A stretch of 64,000 bases of DNA from Tubiluchus corallicola (lineage: Eukaryota > Animalia > Priapulida), in contig JAQGDQ010000199.1 in NCBI GenBank assembly GCA_030141605.1, forward strand, positions 1 through 64,000. The letters are read 5' to 3'. The translations under genes and the position numbers were made by a program. The notes beneath the pieces are model-generated. The model saw only the letters and a list, made by a program, of their open reading frames with translations, was not told the origin of the DNA and ran no database searches. The stretch's first letter is position 1; every line of letters begins with the position of its first letter. Below, in pieces: positions 1 through 14,364 of this stretch.

Positions 1-1008
1 TGTTCAGTCTAGTTTGAGTCATCGTACTCCGCAAATAAGTTTTTACTCTACGATAATCACAGAGTTTGATAGGCGTCTAGTATTTCAGCTTTGAGAATGA
101 GTAACAAAAACGAGTGCGTTATTCTGTTTGCTGATTGGATATAATAATGAAGTCTAAACCAAAATTGCTTCTTTTAGCTTCGAATAGAAACGATTTATGT
201 GCTTTATTGTTGTCTTTATAAATAATGAAGGGGAGATGTCTAGGCACGTACGGCAGAAAAAGTGGTCCGGCCATGGCCGGACCGGCCGGACCGCCGACTA
301 TGGCCTTGATTATTTCACAATTTAAAACTAATTGGAATGACATCAGTTTTATAGTAACGAAACGCCAACGATAAACGCCTCGTTAAAAATGGCACGAAAT
401 TTTATGTAAACAATGTGTTATAAGCTTGCAGTTACAAACGTAATTATAAATGTATACTTCACAATTAATTAAATACATGTGACACATAGCTAGCAATATA
501 ACCAACTCAGCTAGTTAACCTGACAAAGTAACAGAATAATTATTTTAACAAACTAAAACTGAACTGTATGAACTACGCAACTTGCCCGGTGTGTTGACAG
601 ACTTCCCAGAATTCCATGCTCAGCTGTAGCTATATTGTCTACAGCTAAACACGAAGATTTATTCAGGCAGATTGGTGAAACTTCTGAGTGAACTGCAGAA
701 GATTTTTTTAAACTTGCTTTCGTGCTGTCCACCAGCTAAAGCCATTTTTTTACATTGCCGTAGCAAGGTTTGTTTGGCGGCAAATAAGAATGATTTAAAT
801 TTCTTTTGGATTTTTAGCAAGACATGTTTGCGCCTGTATTGTGTGTGGAAATTTCAATATAAAAATTGAATACTAAAATACAATGAATGTTTGTTCGATG
901 GTCGGTTTTTCTTTCAAGTTTATATTTTTGTCCAAGTTATAATTAACTTTTACGTAAAGTACATGATTTCCATTGCCAGATTCTTATTTTTTCTTTCAGA
1001 ATAGCATA

Positions 1009-1061
1009 ATGTCTTCGAGAAAGAAGGTTTTACTAAAAGTTATTATTCTAGGAGACAGTGG
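1009..1061 (+). CDS. RAB7: Rab7 coding exon 1
   Basis: Translates MSSRKKVLLKVIILGDSG (start of the P-loop). Acceptor ttctttcag ends at 999 and donor GTAAGT starts at 1062. Confidence 0.96.
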
Positions 1062-1291
1062 GTAAGTACACGCTGCACACATGGATCTTAAAGTTTTTAT
1101 GCTAGTCGGTACCTAAATCACAATAGTTTGCTATATCAGTCTTTTCATTGTTTTTGGCAAGTTGGGCTTTTGTATTTTGGCGCTGTGTATTTGTGTTGAG
1201 GCCAAAGCCACGAGGGCATCTTACCTTCTTATTGAAAAAATGTGCCAATCTTGTTGCGTTGTCTTCATTTTTTTGTTTTTTTTCATTTCAG

Positions 1292-1418
1292 AGTTGGCAA
1301 AACTTCGCTGATGAATCAGTACGTAAATAAGAAATTTAGCAATCAGTACAAAGCAACGATAGGCGCTGATTTTCTAACTAAAGAAGTCATGGTAGATGAT
1401 CGCTTAGTTACAATGCAG
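1292..1418 (+). CDS. RAB7: Rab7 coding exon 2
   Basis: Translates [46 protein letters not shown] boundaries, and the phase matches exon 1. Confidence 0.97.
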
Positions 1419-1792
1419 GTAGGTGGAGCCACCTATTCTGAGCATCTGCTCCGTTTGCGTGATATCAATAATTGTCTAGTTTTTGTTCACATTTAAAATG
1501 TATTTTGATGAATGCTTGAACTAAAATTGATTCAATTTTTATTTTACCAGGTACCTAGTTTTGTAGCAAGCAAGTTTTTTTTTTGAAGTCAGTGGATACA
1601 ATTATATCAGTACTGAAAAAATAGTAGTTAAAGTGGGTCTTTATTTAAAACCTTGTCAGAACCAGCCAAGCAGCTGCACCACATTATTGTGATTTCATAG
1701 TGGTTCATGTTGTGAATCACTATGCTATCCTTGCAATAATATGGAAATTTTGACTGGTTTGGCAAAAATCATTGTTTGAACTTTGAAGTAAT

Positions 1793-2463
1793 TTAAAGGA
1801 CAAGAAAAGGGGTTCCTGAAGTAGGTTTCAGAAAAATCACCTTAAAAGTTATATTGCTTTATAGCAGTTTTATGCGTATATCGTACTCGCATTGAAAGGA
1901 ATTTTTGTTTGCTTTCATTTTTAATCTCCTGATTATATTACTTTATAGCCTTTTTATGTGTATATCGTACTCGTATTAGTTCCGACGGCACCATTACATG
2001 ACGTCACTACGCAAACGTAAATCTGGGGAGGAAAAGGCAGTGTTAAATTATGTCCCAAGAAACTTTCCTTGCAAGTTTATATTGCTTACAATTTTGCTTA
2101 CCTGCTTTTAACACTTACATAACTAGAAATAATAATTTAAAATGGTAAAATGTGACTGACTCATCTGGCTAATCAAAAACGTATTTTTAATCTTATTGAC
2201 AAAAGACACTATAATTTAAAATTTTACTCAGTTAGTGACGTGTACTACAAAGGCTCTGATTATTTTGTCAAACTTCACACAATATTATCTAAACTTGTTT
2301 CATACGACTTACCATTTCGAACGACCTACCATTAGAGTTTAAATTTACAAGTTTTATACAGTGTTACTTCTGATGCAAGCCCTGCATGCAAAAAAGCTCT
2401 GTATGTAAGTGGTGTAAAATTTCAAGACGTTTCATGTAAGTGCAGGGTTTTCTTGTGCTTTAA
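1793..2463. mobile_element. Non-autonomous DNA transposon with TTAA ends (Kolobok-like), in Rab7 intron 2
   Basis: Imperfect terminal inverted repeats ttaaaggacaagaaaaggg and gggttttcttgtgctttaa. A related end occurs inverted at about 24770-24880. Confidence 0.5.
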
Positions 2464-2551
2464 CTTAACTCGCGTTCCATGCATCGCTTCCAGATAGACT
2501 TTGCTGCCGTGCAATAAATTGTTAGTAAGATCTGTATAGATCTGTAAATGA

Positions 2552-2935
<384 letters not shown>

Positions 2936-3511
2936 TAGGGCAGCAATACAGTAAATAGAGTGCTTCTACAAATTTCCCGCTGTGTACTGTAGATATGTAA
3001 CAATTAGTCCAGTGCGCACAGCAGTAGTTAACTTGACACACTGTAGTACACAGTAGTACAGTAGTAGCAGAAGTAGTAATACAGTTGTACACAGCTGACG
3101 TAGGAAGCATGAGCCGTTGAAAACACAAGATTTTTAATCAGCAGTAGACTAATTACATGTTTTGCATGTAATCACATTTTCTATAGATGCAAGAACATCT
3201 TTAAATTTAAAGCAGTGTGAAATGAATAAAGTAATAAAAGTCAAACAGTTTGTCGAGCTACTTTATCATGAAGCACTCCGAAAATTATTATTGATTGATA
3301 AATATGTTGATTACTTACTAAAACAACTTGATCTAGTTTTTTTATGAAATCTGCAAATGTTAACTCAGATGTATCATGGTATGTATCGTATCATGACCTA
3401 GGTGTATCGTTACAGCTGTACTAGTCGACTAGTTAAGGGGACATGTCTCATTGATCTTCAGTTCTTTATTGAGTGTTCACGTTATGTTTAATTTTGTTAT
3501 TATTATTAAAT

Positions 3512-4230
3512 ACCCGGTGACGTAGCTCAATTGTAGCGCATTCGCTTACCACCCGGGAAGTCTCGAGTCATAACGTAGACTTGAAAAATGGTACCCGCTG
3601 GTTCTTCGACCAAGCACGCAGGTTTATCGAAGTAAAGTGTGGATACGTAACAAAGTAATATGTGTGTAAGATATTCTTCTTCTTCTTCCCAGCTTTTCCC
3701 TATGCGGGGTCGCCGTTGTGAATAAGTCTTCTCCATGCATTCCTGTTGTTGGCCATCTCTTCATTTATGTTCTTCCCTCTAAGGTCTCCGTTAATAGCCA
3801 TTTTTCATTTTCCTTAATGCTAATTCCACCTCCTGTCTTGCCACCCCTGTTACCTCCAGATCATTCGGTTCTCCATCATCCCTAACCAGTCTTTCATTTT
3901 CCTCGTTCAGCAGCTTCTCGTACTATTCCTTCCACCTCCTCAGGACAGGTGGCGTCCTAGCATTAGGTTCACTTCTCTGATTTTGACTCATTCATAAAAG
4001 GTTTTGCGCAGTTTTTACAGGCGGATGCCCTTCCTGACCCTAACCCTCCCTATTTATCCGGGTTTGGGACCGGCACCGAGTTGGGCTAGCTTGCCCCCGC
4101 CAGTGTGTAAGATATTATTATTAACGATAATAGTAATCGGGACCACCTTGGAAATAAGTATTGAGTTACTTGAAGTGCTATCATTGGACTATGACCTAAA
4201 CGAACTGATAATTATTGTTATTATTAATTA
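3512..4230 (+). mobile_element. tRNA-derived SINE interrupted by an RTE-type insertion
   Basis: Segments 3512-3660 and 4117-4230 are colinear with the uninterrupted SINE at 50513-50760 (A box tagctcaattg, core gacttgaaaaatggtacc, tail gaccaccttggaaataagtattgag). Confidence 0.75.
3676..4102 (-). mobile_element. Short RTE-like non-autonomous retroelement with a (GAA)n tail
   Basis: Perfect 14-bp target site duplication GTGTGTAAGATATT at 3662-3675 and 4103-4116. Both ends are shared with the copy at 18562-18867. The RTE assignment is inferred from the tail type. Confidence 0.7.
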
Positions 4231-4427
4231 AACATTTTCTCTTTTGTTCATCCTCTTTTAAAATATTTTTAGTCTGAATTTTGAGTTTATATTGTAGCTA
4301 GATTTGTGACTGCAAATGCAGCTGCATGCTGTTGTTGGGTTTTATGCTTTCAATCACAAATTTGTTTCTTCGTGAGTTTATAATTATTCTCTGAATTATA
4401 AATTTATTATTTTATTTTTTAATTCAG

Positions 4428-4649
4428 GTGTCTGCTAAGAGGGCACAGGGCTGGTGTCATAGTAAAAACGATATACCGTACTTCGAGACTTCGGCGAAGG
4501 AGAGCATCAATGTTGAACAAGCTTTCCAGACGATCGCCAAGAACGCCCTAGCACAGGAAACTGAGGTAGAGCTGTATAACGAATTCCCGGATCAAATCAA
4601 GCTCGGAGGAGAAGGCCAGAAGCAGCCGAGTTCAAGGAGTTGTTGCTAG
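4428..4649 (+). CDS. RAB7: Rab7 last coding exon (protein 206 aa)
   Basis: Translates [10 protein letters not shown]...FETSAK...SSRSCC then TAG, with a C-terminal CC prenylation motif. Exon lengths sum to 621 nt. Confidence 0.96.
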   Translation: MSAKRAQGWCHSKNDIPYFETSAKESINVEQAFQTIAKNALAQETEVELYNEFPDQIKLGGEGQKQPSSRSCC

Positions 4650-7600
4650 GGGGGTCGTCGTTGTCACGGTAACGCACGCGCTGCTCGAGATGTACAGATA
4701 TTGAACGTTGATTGCTTGCGTTGGCCGTTACATTATCTTCTCTCTTTGTTGCTTAGTTCACAAACTCATCAGCATTGTTAACCTATTTTCATTTATCCAT
4801 TAAATCTGCATTGTTTCAATTGATATTATCCCATTGTGCATTGCTTTCTTCAAAAAATGCATATCAGAAGTCCTGCTAGTACATAAATAAGCAGTGACTC
4901 TTGTAGAAATGGTCTTAATTTCATTGCATCGGAACAAAAGCCATTGTTTGCATTATTGTCAAGGTTGTACATGCTTGTGTCTATGCTTCGCTAAGTTTGC
5001 AGATTTCTTGGTAGTAACAGTCAAGTACCATATGTCTAATCCTTGGTACCATGATGTAGTAATTCAGTATGTTTAATGGACCCCAATGTTTGTGCTTTCT
5101 GTTTTTGGACTGGCTTCTTTCCTGTTGCTTAAAAGTAATGTTGCTTCGTTAAATAGCATCTTGGCAACTTTTCTAATTTTCATTCGGGTAAGTGATGCTA
5201 AATACTATATGAACAGGCAGAAGTGTTGAAGTAGGATACGTGGTCAAAAACCACTAGTGTCACCTATGATCAGGATTACAAATTAAATTTGGGAAAACTT
5301 GGTATTTAGATAGACGAACTTCTGATAACAGAAGTGAAACATTTTTTTCGATTTCCTTGAATGCACTAACTCAGCTTCACAATTAGAATTTTTTAATTAG
5401 TACAATGCACCAACGATAGAGATAATAGCATATCATTGTTCCCGTCTTGTATTGTTTTCTTGTTTCTTGGTACCATTGTTTCTGAAAATCGCCTCACTGT
5501 TTGTTAGTAGCCTGATTGTTGCTTTAGAATAGTAAGTATTGTTCCATCATAGCTTCTCAGTATTTCGCAGGTGACAAAGCTACATCTTTTGTACATCCCT
5601 AGTCCATACTCACTCCACAGGCATTCTTGTTGTTAAACCTCCATTTTGTAAAAATTGCTGTGGCGAAAAATTGTACAACTAAATTTGGATGAAATATGAC
5701 TGTTAAAAAGTGATAACTTTCGCTTAAACAGTATCCCAACAAGCACGAAATATTCCGCCCGCAAGGAAAAAAGCAAGATCTCATTTAAGTTTATAGTTAT
5801 TTTTGAGCAAAATAAACACTTCTCTCAAGCATTAGGCATCCTGGTTCAAGTCTGCAGAAAGAATTTGGTGAAGTTAAAATCCTGCATTCCCTATTATGCT
5901 GTAGTTCATAGATTCACAGATTTATATTCAAATTTAGCTTGCCCTTTCAGTAGCTTTCATACGTTTGAATGTTGGCCAAAAAATGAACACATCACAGATC
6001 GAACAACTTTATACCGTCATTGTTAAATTTCAACTTTTCTAGAAACACGTTTTCACTTTATTTTCTGTTTGTCACGAATGTTAAATTTTTAATTGGTAGC
6101 TGCACTGTAGTAGCATAATTGTATATAATGTGCACTCAAAATTAAATGTTCATATTTAAATTGTTTAGATCATGGTCTTTACTGTCACAAACTTAAAAAA
6201 AATTAACGGATTCCCAATGTGAACTCACCAAAAATCGAAGCTGTGGTAGTAGCGTGTTTACGTGTTTTTGTACTGTGCTGCTATCGTGGTTAAGTCGCCG
6301 TCATTCCATACTAACACCGGTCACTAACTGTATTCAACATACTCGGTACACAGATACAGTATTAGACTGTTTACTTGTAAAGTAGCATATGTATACTTTT
6401 GTCACCATTTTTGGAGCGACATTGCTAGTAATGAACTGTAAAAACATGTATTATGCCTTTGCTGATATAATAATAATAAAGCTTTGCTTATCTGTGACGA
6501 TGTAGCTTACTTGTGTTAAATGTAAAGGTGTTCACTCTTGCTTTGCTGATAGTATTATAGTTGTAAACTAAGTTTGCTAGAAACTACTAAATTTCTACGA
6601 TGCTGCGACTAAAAGCATTTCTTAAAACCAAGTCAACAAAATTCTTAAAGCAAGAAATTTGTGCTTATTTGTCACAATTTCTAAGCCTTCTGGTTTACTT
6701 GGTACTGACTAACTGGTCTACCAAGCTCAGCAATGTTATGATATCTTTCAAAATCACAATTTAGGTGACTCTAGGAAGACTTTGTGCCTGTCAACTCACA
6801 AAAAAGTTGACAAAACTTCTTCGCTTCAAACTGCCAGTCAAATCCTACACTCTATTTATACTTTTTGCCCAATATCCAGACGCTCGCACAACAAACAGAT
6901 GGGTAATGCTAGAGGATCTTGAATTCTAGCAGCTCAAGGTTAACACGTATGCTCGACTGTTTAAAACTTTTTGTCGGAAAACTGTCTGGGTAAAAAAACT
7001 CGTTTTCCATGTCTGGATTTCCGAAAAGCACTTCAGATAGATTCACAATCTACTGTTTGGCCCTGTCTGCTCCTGTTTAGCACTGTCTACTCCGCTCATT
7101 ACACTGTAAAATGTTGTAAAAATTATTGCAGCGGTAGTGTAGCTGAATGACTCAACAAGTACTGGTTCTTGGTGTACTGTCAAATGATGCTGTTGGAAAA
7201 TGTTATTGTTACAAATTCGTTAAAGATCAGCGATGACAACAATGCTCTGCAAATGTAACTAGTTGAAAAAATAGTTCTAAAATTTTGGAACTGTAGCTAG
7301 TTTCAGTTTTTTAGAGGTAACTGCAAGTTGTTCCTTTCTGTTGTAATTTTTCGGGGAAATTTGGTTACGGTTACTTTTCTGTCTCATTTGTCTGGAATCA
7401 AACCAGAAGCCCATTAACTACACGTGATATAAATATTATATCCATGCTCGTTCCACCATTTCTTTTACTACTACATTCTTTCAGTACTATGCAGTCGTTT
7501 GTTGTTATACAATAGTTTCTGCTGTACGAGTCATTGAGTATTTCAACAAATAGTTTTCTTCAAATTTCTTTTTAAGGTTAGTTCCCATCATAACATTGAT

Positions 7601-10600
7601 TTACATATACAAATTTGACAAAGTCGTGTGGTTTATTTGTGTACATAGTTAATATGTAACTAAGGGTGTCATGCTTACTGCAAATGCATCCGTATCATTA
7701 CAAAATGTTTATTATAACAATGTAATGTTACTCGATTTATTACTATGTTTATGACTAAATCCGTTATTGGTTCTTGGCCTCCAATATTAAGCTAAATAAT
7801 TACGTGTGAAAAGTCTTTAGACTGTTTGTAAGGTTAAAATAGCAATCCTTCGAACCATTTTAAGATATGAACCAGCTCTCATGTAAGGGGGAGATAATGT
7901 CTTATGCGAATTATTTTGTAACTTTTGATGCTAGTAAGAAGATTGCTGTGTTTCGCTTGCTTACCTATTTGTTTAATTGGCTGTTACATACAGCCACATG
8001 TGTAACATAATCGTACAAGGTTGTTTCGGAATGTACACTTAACCAGCTCAAATAACTATATGTTAATGCATAGATATCCATGCTAAATTGTCAAACTCAT
8101 CAATGCCACGAACGGCTGTGGTTGGCGGAAGTTTGACGTGCGTGTTGTAATTGTGATATACTTTTGAAAATGCAAATAAAAACGTATGAAAGTGATTACC
8201 CGAGGGTGTCCAAAATAATTTCAATGCAATGTTGTATAATACATTTAATTTTAATACATTAAGTATTAAACAATAAGTTTAATACATTACAAATGTGTAA
8301 AAAAATAATTTTGCTGTGCTGTAATTAGTTACTTGCAAAAAAATTTTGCACAGGAAGAGAATCAGGATGATTCCTTTTGGAATGCCGGATTAACAATATC
8401 CACCAAAATGCTGTTTAAGTGCTGTTATTGGAAACTAATATTTAGTTCATTGCAGTCTTGCTATAGTTATTTATAAGTGCAAATAACACTGGAGTCAGAA
8501 CAGCTCCCTGGAGAACTCCAAGTAGTACTGTAAGGCTAGATTCTGTTTCAGTGCAACCGTGTGAATTAGTTAGTACTAAACTAAAAATTCTCTCTTACTG
8601 CAGTTGTAATTAATTACTGGCCAAGTTTACCTTTATTCTTCTAGTGTTAAATAAGGATAACAACTGCGAAAGGATGTTAATACATGAGATATATATATAT
8701 ATAGGTATTATATACAAACGTATATTATATATATGCCAAGCGATCTTCTTTATTAATAAAATCTTATGATACAAAATGACTTTTCATTCTTTTTGCAAGT
8801 AATCTGTGTAAATTCAATTAAACCAATCATTCCTGACCAGAACTTCAAAAATGTTTAGTATTTGGCAGTATTGCAGATTAGTAATAAGAGATTCTGTATA
8901 AAGTATCCTGAACAACTTGAATCATCAAGTCTGACCTATGAAATGGATATACATTTTAGCGCATGTTGCTGACACTAGTAATATAATACTGATTCAGGCT
9001 CTCAGTAAAAAACGGGGTTATTGACGTAGCTTATGAAAATTTGCAACACATAAAGACAAAATAAATATGCTAACACATATTATTATTAGCAATTCTGAAA
9101 AAATTGTGACTTATTTCCATTGATTTGCACTGATTATCACATTTGTTGGTATCACCCCTATTGATCCTGGCTTATCTAATTATGATCAGATTATCTAATC
9201 TGATTCAGGCTTATTTCATTACCTTTGCTAATTATCATTTTTGTTGATTAGATTCGTGTTTTTGATTATTGTTGTTCCTGATTATCTTCTTCATCAATTA
9301 GACATTTCAGTGATTCAAATCTACAAACTATCATCTTCGTTGGTTGTTCTCAGATGTCTCTATTGATTTATCTTGATACCTTTGTCTTCAGCATCATCTT
9401 TAAGGTCTAAACTTTATTCGGCTCATGTTTATATATCACACTAAAATGCACAAAAATGTGTCTTCACTTGTATTTACATGTATTAATGTCCGAGATGATG
9501 CAGAGATTCGTCTGTTATTCCTCTAAAGCAAGTTACGGTTTAGCATCTTAAAGCCTCCTGAGGTAGCTCATTTCAAATGTTTACCACTCTCTTCGAGAAA
9601 GAGTTTAGTTTCCGCCTGATGACTCCAAAAACCTGTATTTGTATTTGTTTTTTGTATTCCTTATTCCTTCCATAACATATTCCTCGCAAAATATTATAAC
9701 TATACGTATACAAAATTTCTCTCCATTAATACAAACTATTTTATAATTATAATTACACTCCTGCAAAAATGAGAATATAATCACCTCTCAAAAAACTAAA
9801 ACTATAATATGTAAACCTACTCCCATGACCCTCTTTCTCCAAACTGTTTTTTTAGTGCTATCCTGTTCTTACTGACCTACCTAACTTTTCCTTTTTCACA
9901 TTTATTACATAATTCTTTTCTCTCTAGTACAACTACATATACTAACAATTGCCAGGTGCCACTAGCTGGTCGGCCGCTGCTTAGCGATATACTTCAGTAC
10001 AACCTAAAGACATGTGCTCGCACTCAGCATAACTGCTTTAGTTATCGCATTTCAAGGACCAATTTTTACATTGGTTTTCATAAACAAAAAAGTTCAGTCT
10101 GCTTTGCTTTTTGAATAGTTTTTCGTGTGCTCTTGAGTTCTAGTATATGTGGCTTTTGTGAAGAAATTTTCCACAGCAATTTTATCTATGTTATTTACTG
10201 TACGATACACTACGTTTCAGGTCATCATTCATTTATTAACGATTATCTCTAGCACTGATTTGATCTGCTTATTGTCACGTTTGTTGATTCATATCTCTTG
10301 ACATAGGTCTGTTAACTATAGTCTCTACTGATTATCTTTCCTTTGACCTGAACCTGTTAATAATATCTTTACTATTATATCTATTGATTAGGGTGTATGG
10401 ATTATTAGCATTATTGCTGATACTTATATTATTATGATATTATTGTACTCTTTGATTAGGGATTTTGATTATCCTCTTTGATAATTGATATATAGTTATT
10501 TTCAAGCTATTCCCTATCTTCCTAGTGACGATCAGTGATCTTTCTCTACTTCGTGGATGTATTTTACAATGGCGTCGGTTTTACTATCCTCGACATTATT

Positions 10601-11283
10601 ATTGTGTTGCCCAACTTTCGGTGCTGCAATCCAATGATGTCTATGACTGTAAAGCCAAAATGCTGCTGATCTAATTTCTTGCCGTAGGCAGCATGTCATT
10701 GTACCATTTAACTGATTTTGTCTGAGATGATTGACCTTAACACTTAACCACATTTCAGTTCCAGTACAACCACTACATTAAGTAGGTCCTGTCATTAAAT
10801 ACGAGACCTTTGGGTTACCGCCAAACTGCAGTATAAAATTGAAATCCATGGTCTCATCATTTACAATGCTCTGAGCTCCACGCAAATAGACTAACGTAAC
10901 ACGTTTTTGCCAGATCCATTTCCGCTGTTTTTAGTTGCTGCTAATGTCAGAAGATGGACTGTTTGTCAAGCTGTCTAACTGTTTGCAGATAAAAGGAGAA
11001 CGCTGAAAAACAAACATAAACAAACACTGTTACGGAAGTTTACACAAAGCAAGCCAAATAAATTATCACCGTAAATGCTGCTGCAATTATGCTAAAAGCA
11101 TCATTCTGTGCCTGCATTTAGCAAAATGGTTAAACAGTACGAAAACCTCAACATGGGTTTGTAAAATCACAGCAATACTTCTGGCTTTGTCAGTACTTAA
11201 TTTGTTAGCAGTTGAAAGGATTTTATACATAAAACCTGGTAGCAAACTAGAAACACTTGTTGGTTCGCCGTTGCAACCAAATC

Positions 11284-12255
11284 ATGTTCTCAAACAACAG
11301 TGGTGCCAGTGCTGCAAACTCAAACTGTACAACAGCTAATTTCACAACAAGTTTTGGGACGGAGTGGATGCAGACCGTAATAATAACTGTGGTGCTACAG
11401 TTACTTGCAGTCACAATAGCCCTTTTTAATGCCATAGTTGTCTGTACGATCATCAAGTATCAGAAACTACACACCACAAGCTACTGGTTCATATGCAACC
11501 TCTCGGTCACGGATCTGTTCATGGGTATCATGCTAAGCATCTTACACTTTGTGTTCTCCGACCAGTTTCTCTCACAATACAGCATTGCCAAACGTTGTCT
11601 CTCAGGCTATGTCATAGTCCAAGTTCTCAGCATTGAATCGCTCTTAATGCTTCTGGTTGTGACTGTGGATCGCTACATAGCTATTGTTCACCCACTTAGG
11701 TACCCCGTCATTGTCAAATTGGGGAGAGTAAAGACGGTAATTGGTGGTACGTGGGTTTGCGCTGTAGTAACAGGCTTGCTCCTGCTGTACATCAATCGCT
11801 CCATGTTGCACGTTCAGACGTGCATGTACTTCACGGCCGTGAATGCCATCACCACCTATACAGCGAATGGATTGTTCCTGTTGATCATTCTGGTAATGTT
11901 GATCGTTTATTTTAAAATAATGTCCATCGTTCGCCGCCACATGGCTCAGATTAACAAGGCTAAGCAGCAGGACGCCACCTTCACACAAAGTGTAAGGCAG
12001 GCAAAGATGATGTTCATCGTAATCGGTGCTTTCGTTGTGTGCTGGTTACCACTGAATGTCACCCCAATGATGACTTCTGAGAAAGTTCACAAGAATGTAC
12101 TTCTTGCATTGCAATCATTCGTGTTCTTCATGCTTTACTTAAATTCGCTGATGAACCCTCTGATTTACGCCTGGAAGAATGAGGACCTCAGACGAGCAAT
12201 TCGACACATGATAACCTGCAAAGCAGGAAGTCCAGTTGATACAGACATTCCATGA
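11284..12255 (+). CDS. Intronless class A (rhodopsin-like) orphan GPCR, 323 aa
   Basis: Seven hydrophobic segments with NLSVTD (TM2), DRY, CWLP and NPLIY motifs, plus N-terminal N-glycosylation sequons. First ATG is at 11284. Confidence 0.93.
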   Translation: MFSNNSGASAANSNCTTANFTTSFGTEWMQTVIITVVLQLLAVTIALFNAIVVCTIIKYQKLHTTSYWFICNLSVTDLFMGIMLSILHFVFSDQFLSQYSIAKRCLSGYVIVQVLSIESLLMLLVVTVDRYIAIVHPLRYPVIVKLGRVKTVIGGTWVCAVVTGLLLLYINRSMLHVQTCMYFTAVNAITTYTANGLFLLIILVMLIVYFKIMSIVRRHMAQINKAKQQDATFTQSVRQAKMMFIVIGAFVVCWLPLNVTPMMTSEKVHKNVLLALQSFVFFMLYLNSLMNPLIYAWKNEDLRRAIRHMITCKAGSPVDTDIP

Positions 12256-14364
12256 AAGAACTACAGTAAATCGTATAGAGTCTTGTACTCAACTTGTATG
12301 CAAATTTGTTTTGCTCGCTTACTCTACCACGGATAAAATCAGAGTATGTATGTGAAAACATGAAGACAGGTTATAATGTATAGCAGGACAGTTCTTACAG
12401 ACATGCCGTAAAGGCAGTTCAGTAATTCGTATTATGAGTCTTTATCTGCAAACAAAGCTAATGCATATTTTTTGCCTACATTTGTAGAAGAAATCAGTTT
12501 GTCCAGTGGCTTCTCGTGTATAGGCACTATGAAGCTGCAACACCCCCTATTTTCACTCGATATTATCAATAACGTTCAATATAATGAGTCTTTTTTCTTT
12601 AATTCTTATTTATACTTGCACATTTGTAAGCCCTTGTACAGAACCAGAGCACGTGGCGGAACTGTGCACTTCATAGTTCCAGCGATGCGGTGTCTGGCTG
12701 TTGTGCGCATGCGCACATGTCCGAGTTAAGAAGCTGCACGCTAGCTAGAGACGGCACTGTCGCTCACGCAGTACCAACCCTGTTGTGCCAGGAGCGTTTC
12801 TTTTTTATTTTGATTCAGCATCATGTGTTGTGCTCAAAAACCATGTACCATATTCTTGAATGTGATAAACTCTAGAATTAGATGATTATCACGATTTCTG
12901 CTATTTTATTTGGTTCATTTTTTGCAGTTCTTTTTATTTTACAGCAAGTTTCAATACTTTAATCCTTGCCTTCCTTGCACTCCCAAGAAATAAGCTGTGT
13001 CATTGTGAGCATCAAGACTGTTTTACACAATATTAAAACATACGTAATTTTGTTTCTGAAGCAGCACTACCACTAATCCTAGCTACGAGCCGCTACTGCA
13101 TATAACAGCGCTTGTAAAAAGGCAATGCCTTATAACTTCATATAAGTGACGTTGGCATGAATATATAGATCTTGATTTACGCGTATTTTTCTTTTTGAGT
13201 TTCACTAAAGCGCTTTAGACATGGTTTGCTAAAGCACTACTGCAGAAGCAAAATTATTTTTAATTAAATGTATAAAATGAATAAAAACTGATAACCTGAC
13301 TTTTTACTTCTAGGACAAGTAGGGCTACTCTACGTTACTGTACACAAACCGAAAATCTACCTGTACTAAAGGCAATAGGATGAATTTTCATACCCATTTT
13401 GAAGTACGGCAAAAAGTACATCCTATCATAATGCCAAAATGTTTCTTATAATTAAATGATAGATTAAAAACTAAATTAACGGCAAGCGAACGCAATTAGT
13501 GAACCCAATTCTTTAACGCACACTATTGGTTATACAGCTTAGAAGATTATCTTAGATAATAAGTAGGATTCCCGTTCCTCACAACTAGCTACAATCTGGA
13601 TCCTGTCATTGTGTGCAAAATTCCGGCTTACAAGATGCCACATTGTAAAAATAAGAGATATCAAACTTAGTCAAAAATTAATAACTAAATACATTTCTAA
13701 CTGATACGTATTGTAATGCGGACAACGGAAACTCGGATAATGTAGATCAAAATGTGCGTTATACAAAATTGTACAAGTAACCAAGCTCACCAGCAGGTCA
13801 AGAGCACTTAGCATAGCAGTCCATAACAGTTGCATATCTCTGCTACGAAGTGCATGGGCAAACGTTCCACAATTGTGTTTGCGAAAGCGAAAATTGAAGT
13901 TCAGTGTTACCTGTACAACATTCCGTGTGATGCACAAGAACTTGGCAAATTTAAAGTTTAAAATTCAAATTTCAGGTTCTGCTGTGCTCACATGAGCTTT
14001 CGGATGTGTGTAGTACATCACAACCGAACATCTGGGAACTGCAAGGTACGGGACCCGCTTTTTGTGCAATGCGTTTTCGAAATGTACGTGTAACTAGCGA
14101 ATGGCGAAGTGCATGTAACAGCGAAGAACTGGCTTCGCAAACACGAAATTACGTTTGTGTGGTAATAGTTCTTTCACGTAAGTCATTCTTGAAAAAAATA
14201 GCATGTTCCCATTGAATATTTTACGGGGTAAATTGTTTTGAGCTACAGTTTAGGACTGGGCTCGGTTTTCCTTTAACAACAAATGAATAAATGACTATAA
14301 AATAGTTGAAGACCTTATCATTATCCATCAGTTGACTTTACGATGACAGTCGCAAAAACTTCAG

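Noticed and set aside
260-306. GC-rich palindrome ggtccggccatggccggacc as a terminator or structured RNA
   Set aside because: It is short and isolated with no supporting context, and is more likely a remnant of a small transposon.
11644-11988. Antisense ORFs over the GPCR, cGLR and plexin exons
   Set aside because: They are shadow frames of real coding sequence with no recognisable motifs.
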